64,000 bases of DNA from positions 15,383 to 79,382 of the forward strand of contig JAGLPV010000010.1 of the NCBI GenBank assembly GCA_023137195.1, written 5' to 3'. The translations under genes were made by a program, and so were the position numbers. This DNA is from Candidatus Aenigmatarchaeota archaeon. GTDB taxonomy: Archaea; EX4484-52. Within the stretch, counting starts at the first letter, position 1. Every line of letters starts with the position of its first letter. Positions 39,179-48,505 of this stretch are shown in pieces. Below the pieces are notes generated by a model. That model saw only the letters and a program-made list of their open reading frames with translations. It was not told where the DNA came from and ran no database searches.

Positions 39179-40656
39179 TTATTTTGTCGATTTAACCGTC
39201 AAAAATCCCCACCAAGGCTTCTTCTCCTCTAAAACCTCAGCTCCGGCAGCATCCACAGTTATATTTTTCCTGACAGTTACAGGAATAAGACCAATCAATT
39301 TCCTTCTCTCCTCTGTCCTTATTTTATAGACTGCCCTACCATTTTCTTCAACCAACTCCACTTCCTTTGGCTCAACCTTTATTCTCTCCATAACTTCACT
39401 TGCCATGAGTTTAACCTCGGAATTGCCGACTCTCAGAACATTGTTTTTTATCTTCAGCTCAGGCGCCTTTATCTCAAAATCCTTATCATGAATAATCACA
39501 TGAGTCTTTACAGGCATTATCGTTATATTTCTTTTATTGACTCTTGCCATTACTCTCTTGTTGACGGTGCTGACAATGACATCGTCTGCCCTTATCTCAT
39601 TCGGCTTTACTCTTATTTCCTCGACAAGTTCGCTCATCTCATCTGTCCTGATTTCATCTTTGCTTTTTATCAACTCTTCTATCAGTTTATCAATCTCATT
39701 TCTCAGTCCCTTAAGCTCAGCTATCCTTTCTTCTGTTTTTATCTCCTTAGTCATTATACTGCCAACTTTCATATTATAATAACCAGTTATCTCTTCTCCT
39801 CTAGACACTGCCACTGGTCTTTCCATCGATGCAAAAACGGGTTTTGCCTCACCTGTCGAAACAGCAACTCCGGCAGCAGCACTGCCGGACATTTCAGCTT
39901 CACATTCTTCGCCTTTCCTGATATCCTCCTCAAGTTTTTCTATTGTCCGTTTAATCTCTTCTTTCCCCTCACGATATCCTCTCTTTCCAAGCTCTTCTTC
40001 AGACAATAAATATAAGGATTCATAGTGCTTTTTCTTCTCCCGAAGTTTTTCTGTCTGGACGCACACTCTACCCATAGATATTAATGGAGTGCCGAGCATT
40101 ACCATCTTTGTCTCTCCGATCTGACTTTCCTGACAATCCTTTTCATCTTCCCTTATCTTTTCCTTTATCGCACGTATTTTCTCATACAACAGACTTATTG
40201 ATTTCTCATCATTACTGTACTCTGCTTCTTTAAGCTCTCTCATCAACAGATTCAACTCTTTCATCAACTTGGCATCAACCAAACACAACCCATGCTCACC
40301 GGTGAATTTTGAGTTACTTTTATTGCGTGCATCACAGTATCAACACTCGCCTTACGTGAAATTGATATTGAACTATTTGAATCCCTTGTTATCACAGCAT
40401 CTGTATGAAATTCCCCTGATAATGACGGAACATCCAACTCTCCCATACTGCCTAACCCAGACACAATAATTTCTGAAGTAACTGTCGGGTTTTGAATTCC
40501 TGTATTTGTAGTCGAAACACTTATCAACGGACCTGAACCACCGCCGGCACTTCCACCGGAAACAGTAATATTTTCCGTAGCACTGACCATACCACCAAAA
40601 ACACTCATCAACATCCCAAAAACAATCAAACCCACCAGGCATCCCTTCAACTCCAT
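39179..40656 (-). pseudogene. Secreted protein gene split by one frameshift (40264-40656 and 39179-40288)
   Basis: The upstream ORF has a signal peptide; the overlapping downstream ORF has only a TTG start and ends in a PepSY-like ...KLIGLIPV...KPWWGFL tail. Confidence 0.55.
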
Positions 40657-40709
40657 ACTAATATAGATACTAAACCAAACATTTATATAATTTAAAAAAT
40701 CATATTCTC

Positions 40710-41459
40710 ATGGAAACAATCTTAATTTTTGGCGCCATTTTTTTAGCATCCGGCTTGAAAGTAATAAAGCAATATGAAAAAGGAGTAAAATTTACTCTGG
40801 GAAAATACAGCGGCATAATGAATCCAGGTCTGAGGTTCATAATTCCTGTAATCCAGTCAATGGAGCGAACAGACATGAGGATAAAAACAGTAGACGTCCC
40901 AAGACAGGAAACAATGACAAAAGACAATATCTCTGTAAAAGTAAATGCAGTAATCTATTTTAGGATTAATGATGCGGCAAGGTCAGTCATAGAGATAGAA
41001 GATTATTTTTATGCAGTAAGCCAGCTTGCCCAGACTTCAATGAGAAACATTATTGGCGAAATAACCCTTGACGAGGTCCTGTCAAAAAGAAATGAAATTT
41101 CCCAAAAAATAAAGATTATTGTTGATAAAGCATCAGACCCATGGGGAATTGATGTTACCAGCGTTGAACTAAAGGATGTCGAACTCCCTGAAGACTTGAA
41201 AAGAGTGATGGCAAAACAGGCAGAAGCAGAGAGAGAGAAAAGAGCAGTAATTATTAAGGCAGAAGGAGAAGTCATTGCATCGACCAACCTGACAAAAGCC
41301 GCACACACGCTCTCAAGAGCACCAGGAGCACTCCACTTAAGGACACTCCAGACCCTAAACGACCTTTCAAGCGACCAGAGCAACACAATAATATTTGCAA
41401 TGCCTCTTGAAATCTTAAAAGCATTTGAAGGATATAAAGAGAAAAAACAACATGGTTAA
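40710..41459 (+). CDS. SPFH/band 7 (stomatin/slipin) protein
   Basis: PGLRFIIP, QE.MTKDNISV.VNAV, AQTSMR, WGI.V..VELKD, QAEAERE. Confidence 0.95.
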   Translation: METILIFGAIFLASGLKVIKQYEKGVKFTLGKYSGIMNPGLRFIIPVIQSMERTDMRIKTVDVPRQETMTKDNISVKVNAVIYFRINDAARSVIEIEDYFYAVSQLAQTSMRNIIGEITLDEVLSKRNEISQKIKIIVDKASDPWGIDVTSVELKDVELPEDLKRVMAKQAEAEREKRAVIIKAEGEVIASTNLTKAAHTLSRAPGALHLRTLQTLNDLSSDQSNTIIFAMPLEILKAFEGYKEKKQHG

Positions 41460-42567
41460 TGTAAGAACACTTTTTTTTTACGCTATTCTTGCCTTGGGAG
41501 TTTATACATTAACTCCTTTCCTTTTTGTTATTCTTTTATCATTTATCACAGCTTACGCCCTTTATCCTTTTTTGAGTTGGCTAAGAAATTACGTCAAATA
41601 CAAGAGTATTGCTTTGTTTCTCCTCATTTGCTGGGTTTTCATCCCTCTTTATTTCTTCTCAATTTTGACTTACATAGAATTCCAAAAACTTATTCCTGTA
41701 TTGCCATTCGTCCAGCAATGGGTTTCTGACGCATTTGTTCAGATAAACATATACACCCCGGATATCATCGCAAAATACAACTTAGGAACATTTATCCAGA
41801 CCGGAACCATAGATATGATTGAATTTTTAAGGCAATTCATGATTGCAAAACTAACTGTCTTGGCAGTCAGCCTGCCGTGGGTTCTGCTCCAGTTCATATT
41901 ATACATATTCTCAACATATTACATACTAAAAGACTTTGACATATTCTCAAAAAAGACAGATAGATACATAGAGATTCTCTCAGGGGAAAAGAAAGAGTTC
42001 GTACAGACAATAGTAAATGGCATAAAAAACAGTTTTAATTTCCTTATATTTAATTACGTCGTCCTCGCCATTGTAATTGGTCTGATGACATACATTATAT
42101 TTCTCATCGCAGGAATGCCATTTTCCCTTTTGTTTGCGCTCATCATCGCACTTATAACATTTGTGCCAAACGTCGGTCCATGGCCTTTCATCGGTCTGAT
42201 AGGCATCGGCTATTACTTCACAGGAATAAACACACAGGGTGCTATTGGAATAATTGCTTACTCATTGATATGTCTTGTCGTCTTTGAATATTTCATACGA
42301 CCTTCTTACGGAGCAAAAGTAGGCGGCGTCCATCCGCTTACAACCCTTTTCGGACTGCTTGGAGGAACAATAGTCTTCGGCATAAAAGGTGTCCTACTAG
42401 GACCAATGATATTAATCCTTGCCGAAACATTCGTCCGGACACATTACAAAATGAAAGAAAAGGAAGCGGAAAAAGAAAAAGAAACATTGACCCGGACGCA
42501 TTATAAAATGAAAGAAAAGGAAGCGGAAAAAGAAAAAATAAGAAGAAGACCTGTTATTATTGGATAA
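41452..42567 (+). CDS. AI-2E (PerM/UPF0118) transporter
   Basis: FVPNVGP; IRP......VHPL..LFGLLGG..FG..G.LLGP. Confidence 0.9.
   Translation: MVNVRTLFFYAILALGVYTLTPFLFVILLSFITAYALYPFLSWLRNYVKYKSIALFLLICWVFIPLYFFSILTYIEFQKLIPVLPFVQQWVSDAFVQINIYTPDIIAKYNLGTFIQTGTIDMIEFLRQFMIAKLTVLAVSLPWVLLQFILYIFSTYYILKDFDIFSKKTDRYIEILSGEKKEFVQTIVNGIKNSFNFLIFNYVVLAIVIGLMTYIIFLIAGMPFSLLFALIIALITFVPNVGPWPFIGLIGIGYYFTGINTQGAIGIIAYSLICLVVFEYFIRPSYGAKVGGVHPLTTLFGLLGGTIVFGIKGVLLGPMILILAETFVRTHYKMKEKEAEKEKETLTRTHYKMKEKEAEKEKIRRRPVIIG
42424..42537 (+). repeat. 57-bp in-frame tandem duplication at the transporter C-terminus
   Basis: ET(FV/LT)RTHYKMKEKEAEKEK twice. Confidence 0.9.
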
Positions 42568-42570
42568 GTC

Positions 42571-42897
42571 TTATTTCTCCTTCTTTTGACCTTTGGTCTT
42601 AGGTGCATTTACCTGCTTATTTAATTTATCTATTTTTCTCTCAAGCACCTTGAGATCTGCTTTGGTTGCAAAAGGCATCTTTTTTACTGCCATTTTCAAC
42701 TCCAAATCTATTATTTTTCTGACATCATCGGTCTGTTTTTTCGATTTTTTCACAAAATCTTCTTTTATTTTATTTCCCTCTTTTGCGCTTAGTTCTCCTT
42801 TCTTTACAAGCTCTTTAATTAGCTTTTCTATTTTATCTTTCGTTGTTGCTCCGATTCCCAGACCGAGCAATATTACTTTCTTTACTACATTATCCAT
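42571..42897 (-). CDS. Phasin/PhaF-like polyhydroxyalkanoate granule-associated family protein
   Basis: KKVILLGLG...TKDKIE..LVKKGELS..EG; ATKADL..LE.KI; GGTGA RBS before ATG 42897. Confidence 0.8.
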   Translation of the reverse strand: MDNVVKKVILLGLGIGATTKDKIEKLIKELVKKGELSAKEGNKIKEDFVKKSKKQTDDVRKIIDLELKMAVKKMPFATKADLKVLERKIDKLNKQVNAPKTKGQKKEK

Positions 42898-42911
42898 TTT
42901 ATCACCTTTGA

Positions 42912-43955
42912 TCATACAAATAATATGAATACAACCATTACTGAAACATACATAAATGCCATATGATTGAATCCTGCAACTATATTTCCTCTCTTCAACA
43001 CACCAGCTATTACTCCGGTGCATGATGCCTGAACCATGGCCATAAGAAAAAACAGGGATTTGAAGTAAAGATATGACTGCTCTGCATCTTCCAGACTATC
43101 TTCTCCCCCAACATCGGATTCCTCTTCAGCACTAAACATATCGGGCGGTTCATATTCCTTGACGTTGATGTCCTTGTCAAACCCAAGCGCCGAACCAAAA
43201 GCACACAATAGAGGTGCAACTGGAGGCACATCACAGAAATTAGGCATGGCTTTTTTGCTCACCCCCATACTACTGTCCCCGCCAAATCCTCCTGAGAATG
43301 TAGAACCTATATCTATATCTAAAGAAAGCATCGGAATCAACATCTTGTAAATTCCGACAAGAGTCCCCAGAAATATGAAGAAAATAAAATACATGACCAT
43401 TATTTGTTGTGAAATTGTAGCCTCTCTTCTTTCATTGATCTCTTTTATTGAATAGATATTTCTTGCAAGGTCTCTCATCGTGTTTACAACATTACCGCCC
43501 ATCTCAAATGCCTCTGAAATCACGATAAAAGACTGTTTTATTATCTTACTGTTAATTGCCGCAGCAAGGTTTTTCAGGGCTTTTGGAAACGGGATGCCCC
43601 ATGATATCTGGGCTGCGGTCTTTTTGATATGTGGTGTCAGCGGACCAAGATCAGTATGGGATATCTGCTCAAATGCCTGCGGAAAAGACATCCCTGTCTT
43701 CTTGATTTCCGCAAAATTCTTGATAAACACAGGAAACTCCTCCTCAAGATTATCCTGCTTCCTGAATTTTAAATAATTCAGAATAGACATAGGTATAATA
43801 AGAAACAGTACACCTATCATAAAAAAGAATGCCGACGCCTTCCTGTTGATATCCAGAAAATAAACTGCCGACCCTCCAAGCACAAAAAAAAGACCAATAA
43901 CTAAGGATGCTATCTTTATGTTCTTTTGAAATTTTGCATCAAAAATATCTATCAT
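42912..43955 (-). CDS. Type II/IV secretion F-domain (TadC/FlaJ-like) membrane protein
   Basis: EEEFPVF..GMSFPQA..GPLT..ISWGIPF..AL; MGG. Confidence 0.9.
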   Translation of the reverse strand: MIDIFDAKFQKNIKIASLVIGLFFVLGGSAVYFLDINRKASAFFFMIGVLFLIIPMSILNYLKFRKQDNLEEEFPVFIKNFAEIKKTGMSFPQAFEQISHTDLGPLTPHIKKTAAQISWGIPFPKALKNLAAAINSKIIKQSFIVISEAFEMGGNVVNTMRDLARNIYSIKEINERREATISQQIMVMYFIFFIFLGTLVGIYKMLIPMLSLDIDIGSTFSGGFGGDSSMGVSKKAMPNFCDVPPVAPLLCAFGSALGFDKDINVKEYEPPDMFSAEEESDVGGEDSLEDAEQSYLYFKSLFFLMAMVQASCTGVIAGVLKRGNIVAGFNHMAFMYVSVMVVFILFV

Positions 43956-44012
43956 ACAATATATAAGAAAGAATATTTATATATTTAAATAATTTCTTGA
44001 ACAAAAGAGTAT

Positions 44013-44351
44013 ATGAAACAGGCAATTATCATAAGAAATGATTTAAAAATGGGCAGGGGAAAAATCGCAGCTCAGGCATCCCATGCAAGTCTAAGTGCTT
44101 ATGAAAAAACACCCCTTGCAACAAAAAACAAATGGAAAATAGAAGGACAAAAGAAAATAGTCCTTAAAACAAACACAGAGAAAGAACTGATAGACCTCTT
44201 AAAAACAGCACAGATGAAAAACATAAAATGCGCAATGATAAAAGATGCAGGTCACACACAGGTCGAGCCAGGCACAATCACAGCACTTGGAATAGGTCCT
44301 GACGAAGACAGAAAAATTGATGAGATTGTAGGAAATTTAAAACTACTATAA
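44013..44351 (+). CDS. pth2: Peptidyl-tRNA hydrolase Pth2
   Basis: DLKMGRGKIAAQASHA; GQKKIVL; DAGHTQV.PGT.TALGIGP. Confidence 0.97.
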   Translation: MKQAIIIRNDLKMGRGKIAAQASHASLSAYEKTPLATKNKWKIEGQKKIVLKTNTEKELIDLLKTAQMKNIKCAMIKDAGHTQVEPGTITALGIGPDEDRKIDEIVGNLKLL

Positions 44352-46310
44352 TCATTCTTTTTTCAGCAGGCACTGATTCTTTATATATTCAAACATGAAT
44401 TTCTGCTCATAACCCTTGATTGTGTTATGCATTTTTTCAAATTCATCCAAATCCTTATATTCAATAAGTATGTAGTCTCCATAAAACAAAGTTTCCTGTA
44501 AAATGTATTTTCCATCCTCGCTCAGGGAAATCCCAATAATAAGTTTTTTATTGATTTTTTTCGCTTTTATGCTAAAACTCTTGATTAAATTTGCAATCTT
44601 GCTTATATTCTGGTTGTTCAGGTTCTCATTTGCAAGTTCGCCCAATATAGCATTCATGTTTATGAAAATATACTGGGGTATGTTCGCGCTGGCAAAATCA
44701 AACAATATTAATTCCTTCAGCCCGTCAAACTGGACATAATGATTAATCTTGATATTTTCCCCCAGCAGTTGGTTTATTTTTGTCGCCTCGTCATTCCTGT
44801 CCGCAAACAATTCCTTGATTTTGAGATTCCGAAGTACATTCTCATTCGTCTGTCCATCTTCTGTGTTTGAATAATAACTGCTGTAATTAAAAAAATAATT
44901 ATGCTCTGAATTTTCATCCCCTGTACATTTTTCCAGCAAAAACAGATTCCTGTATTTGCCTGCTTTTTCATTCAAATGTGCTATATTATTTTCATCCAGA
45001 CCAGAGGGTATCTTTATTATGGTTTTTGAAAAGAATTCTTCATGAGTCTCTTCAGACTGTGTTTCAGATGACACCACAGGCGTAGTAAAAAAAGAAGTCT
45101 CCTCTGCCGGTCTTTCTGTATACAACTCTACTTTTTTATTCTCTACCAATAACTTCTTACCTTCAAGTTCCCTTGCATTTAGTTTACATGAAATACAAAT
45201 ATGCCTGTCTATATATCTTTTTTTCATCTCTCTTGCAATTTCTCCTGCACGGGATAAAGTTCCTTCCTCAGACAGAATAATCACTGAAGCTTTGGGATAC
45301 GAAAACAGCAAATCCTTTGTAAATTTTTCACCGACCAAAATATCATTTTGGGCAAAAGTCCCGCTGGACTTCGCCGTTGCAGTAATTTGCTGGTTGTATA
45401 TTTCTTCCCCCGGAAATGTCAATTTCCTGATATTTGAAATATGCACCTTGCCCTTTGCTATTATCCAGTCAACAATAATATCCTGCCTTCCGACAGCAGA
45501 ACATGCCTTTGTCGCAACATTGATGATTGATTTTTCTTCTGCACTCATCTCATCCCTACTGTCCGATAAGTCATCGATAAGAATATGCTTTGTTTCTAAA
45601 GACCCTCTGTCTTCTTCAACCCCATGCGACTCTATTATAATTTCCTCTTTTCCTGTATCTGGGTTCTTAAGGCAAAAAGAACCTTTATTATCACCTTGAA
45701 GATATTGCTGAACAAGCACAGAAAAATTAATCTCCTTTGCAGCTATTGCGTGAGTCTGGTAGTAAAAAAGCGCATGAACAGTAAAATAAGACACGACAAT
45801 CTGTCTTATTGCATCCAGCAACTGGGTTTTCCAGATATGATTCTTGGATTCAAAAACAGAAAAACAATAATTACTGTTCTCTTCATCGTTCTTGTAAAAC
45901 ACAGTTGGACGGACAATCACTGCCTTATCCCTTCCCGTACTTATAATATCTCTTATCTGATCAGAGACTCCCTCTATCTCATCATCTATAAAAATATCAT
46001 TGTAATATTTGAAAATCTCATTCCTGTAGTTATCCTTTATCTCCAGGTTGGCAAATATACTTATTATTTTCTGGGAAATATTCTTCATTGCCTCTACATC
46101 ATCTTTTTTTACATTCTCAAGTTCGCCCAGATTTGAAACAAACCCATCTATCTGTTCCTTGCTAAAATTGAACAAGGATAAAACATCTGTTATGATAAAA
46201 CCACCTGCAATCCCAAAACCCTTTGATTTCAACAGGCTCAGATTTTTTATTTTGCCTCCTGCCGAAGAACTGCCTATCTGCGAATAATCATCCAGATTAA
46301 TAAAAGCCAT
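44352..46310 (-). CDS. Divergent PEP synthase/PPDK-like protein, probably inactive
   Basis: AGGKIKNL..GFII nucleotide-binding start, VLVQQY, IVDW; swivel motif GTLSRAGEIARE has Arg in place of the phospho-His. Confidence 0.7.
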   Translation of the reverse strand: MAFINLDDYSQIGSSSAGGKIKNLSLLKSKGFGIAGGFIITDVLSLFNFSKEQIDGFVSNLGELENVKKDDVEAMKNISQKIISIFANLEIKDNYRNEIFKYYNDIFIDDEIEGVSDQIRDIISTGRDKAVIVRPTVFYKNDEENSNYCFSVFESKNHIWKTQLLDAIRQIVVSYFTVHALFYYQTHAIAAKEINFSVLVQQYLQGDNKGSFCLKNPDTGKEEIIIESHGVEEDRGSLETKHILIDDLSDSRDEMSAEEKSIINVATKACSAVGRQDIIVDWIIAKGKVHISNIRKLTFPGEEIYNQQITATAKSSGTFAQNDILVGEKFTKDLLFSYPKASVIILSEEGTLSRAGEIAREMKKRYIDRHICISCKLNARELEGKKLLVENKKVELYTERPAEETSFFTTPVVSSETQSEETHEEFFSKTIIKIPSGLDENNIAHLNEKAGKYRNLFLLEKCTGDENSEHNYFFNYSSYYSNTEDGQTNENVLRNLKIKELFADRNDEATKINQLLGENIKINHYVQFDGLKELILFDFASANIPQYIFINMNAILGELANENLNNQNISKIANLIKSFSIKAKKINKKLIIGISLSEDGKYILQETLFYGDYILIEYKDLDEFEKMHNTIKGYEQKFMFEYIKNQCLLKKE

Positions 46311-46381
46311 AACTTCTCTTTGTACAAAACTTAAAATAGCTTTTGTTTTGGCTTTTTTAAATTTGTATTTAAATTTATTAT

Positions 46382-47113
46382 ATGTCTAAACACATATACA
46401 ACAATTCTTCAAAAAAATTATCTCTTTCAGTTATAATTCCTGTCTACAATGAGGCAGATATTCTTGAGAAAAATACAAAAAAAATACAAAAAGCAATTGA
46501 AAAAATCACAAAAAACTATGAACTTATTTTTGCAGAGGATGGAAGTACAGATGGCACAGATAAATTAGCAAAAAAATTATCATCCAAATGCAGAAATATC
46601 CAACATATTCATTTTGAAAAAAGACAGGGAAAAGGACAGGCACTCTCAAATGCATTTAAAAAATCAAAAGGAGATATTCTGGTCTTCATGGATATTGACC
46701 TTGCAACAGACCTAACTCATGTCTCTGATCTGGTTAATGCAATAAAAAATGGCGCAGATATTGCGATTGGCTCAAGAGGAATAAAATCATTAGAAAGGTC
46801 ATTAAAAAGAAACATTGTAAGTTATTGCTACAATAGATGTGTGAGATTTTTATTCAATATAGACATCCGGGATGCTCAGTGTGGGTTTAAGGCATTAAAC
46901 AGGGGAAAATTACTCACTGTTTTGCCCCACATAAAGGATAAAGAATGGTTCTGGGATACAGAATTGCTGATAAAAGCTCATAAAAGAAAATATAAAATTG
47001 TTGAAATCCCAATAAAATGGAAAGAGACGAATTTGAGGAAAAGCAAGGTAAATGTATTTAAAGATGGAATGAAGATGGGATTAAAGTTAATTAAACTGAA
47101 GATGGGGTTGTAA
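46382..47113 (+). CDS. GT2 dolichyl-phosphate glycosyltransferase
   Basis: SVIIPVYNE, EDGSTDGT, GKGQA, FMDID, DAQCGFK, WFWDTELL. Confidence 0.93.
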   Translation: MSKHIYNNSSKKLSLSVIIPVYNEADILEKNTKKIQKAIEKITKNYELIFAEDGSTDGTDKLAKKLSSKCRNIQHIHFEKRQGKGQALSNAFKKSKGDILVFMDIDLATDLTHVSDLVNAIKNGADIAIGSRGIKSLERSLKRNIVSYCYNRCVRFLFNIDIRDAQCGFKALNRGKLLTVLPHIKDKEWFWDTELLIKAHKRKYKIVEIPIKWKETNLRKSKVNVFKDGMKMGLKLIKLKMGL

Positions 47114-47116
47114 TGC

Positions 47117-48505
47117 ATGGATTCGAAAATAAATATAATTTCAAAATACATAATTATAGTTTTATTTTTATTCTCACTTTATATTGGCTTTTCTCAAAGC
47201 GACAATATTTATTTGTGGGATGAAGCAGTGTACTTGTCAACAGCAGAGAATTTATTTTCATCAAATCCATATTACAGCGAAATAGATTACCGCCCCCCCT
47301 TATTGCCATTCCTTCTGAAAACAGGCTCTTTTTTCATTGAAATTGAATTAGCAGCTAAATTAATTGTGTCTTTATTTTTTTCATTCGGCGTTCTGGGGAT
47401 ATATTTGCTGGCAAACCAAACACACAATAAGAAAACAGGTTTAATTGCATCAATTTTGTTTATTGCCTCATTGTTTTTACAGCACAGTTCATCTCAACTA
47501 ATGACAGATATACCTTCAACAACATTGATAATTTTCTGTTTTTATTTCCTGCTTAAAAAAGAAGACAAAAAAAACACAGGAAAGAATTTTCTCTATTCTG
47601 GGCTTTTCATGGGGCTTGCTATTTTGATGCGCTTTACATCTGCTGTATTTTTTGTACTGGTGCTTGCTTTTTTATACCTGAAAAAAAAAGATATGAAATT
47701 GATTTACAAATATCTCGTTTTCACGCTTATCCCAATGATGCCTTACTTAATATGGGCGCAACTAACCCAGAAATTTGCCCTGATGCCATTTATTAAAGCG
47801 CAGGTAATTATTGCCGGTAGTGGCGCAGTTGGTGGATTGACTTATTATTTAAATGCAATATATGTCGCCGGAGGAATAGTTTCAATCATTGGTTTGATTT
47901 TATATGTATTTCATCTAAAAAACTTCAACAAAAAAGAATTTCTTCAAAAAGATGTTTTTTTTGTTTTATGGGCTTTTTTTTTAATTCTTTATTTGACAAT
48001 AAACCCACACAAAGAAATAAGATATATCTTACCTGCTATGCCGGCAGTTTTTATCCTGGCAGGCATCGGATTTTCCCAATTCAAAGACAAATGGATTAAT
48101 ATTTTTACGGCAATTGTATTTTGTTTTGCTCTTCTATATCCCTTGAGCAATGTTGGCTTCTTTGACGGAACGCATGATATTGGAGAAGCAACAATGATAA
48201 ACAGGTCACAATCCATTTATGGCTGTTCTGAATATATCTCAAAAAACATCCCACAAGACAGGGTTATTTACTCACATTCTCTTTACCCGGTGATTGCATA
48301 TTACACTAAAAAAAATTGCATTGCAACATGGCCATGGGACGAGAAATTCTACGAAAAATTCCCGCAAAACATGCCTCATAAAGCATGGTATATTCATTTC
48401 ACTGATATAAACAAGGAACCGAACCAGGAATGGTTGGACTCGGACAAGCACTTTACCAAGTTAAAGGAATTTGAAAATATAATTATTTATGAATATGATA
48501 TCTGA
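47117..48505 (+). CDS. GT-C (PMT_2/GT39-like) glycosyltransferase
   Basis: WDEAVY, RPPL, MTD, KE.RY..P; multi-pass membrane protein. Confidence 0.85.
   Translation: MDSKINIISKYIIIVLFLFSLYIGFSQSDNIYLWDEAVYLSTAENLFSSNPYYSEIDYRPPLLPFLLKTGSFFIEIELAAKLIVSLFFSFGVLGIYLLANQTHNKKTGLIASILFIASLFLQHSSSQLMTDIPSTTLIIFCFYFLLKKEDKKNTGKNFLYSGLFMGLAILMRFTSAVFFVLVLAFLYLKKKDMKLIYKYLVFTLIPMMPYLIWAQLTQKFALMPFIKAQVIIAGSGAVGGLTYYLNAIYVAGGIVSIIGLILYVFHLKNFNKKEFLQKDVFFVLWAFFLILYLTINPHKEIRYILPAMPAVFILAGIGFSQFKDKWINIFTAIVFCFALLYPLSNVGFFDGTHDIGEATMINRSQSIYGCSEYISKNIPQDRVIYSHSLYPVIAYYTKKNCIATWPWDEKFYEKFPQNMPHKAWYIHFTDINKEPNQEWLDSDKHFTKLKEFENIIIYEYDI

Noticed and set aside
42424-42537. 57-bp duplication as a mobile-element target-site duplication
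   Set aside because: The copies are adjacent and in frame with nothing between them; simple tandem duplication
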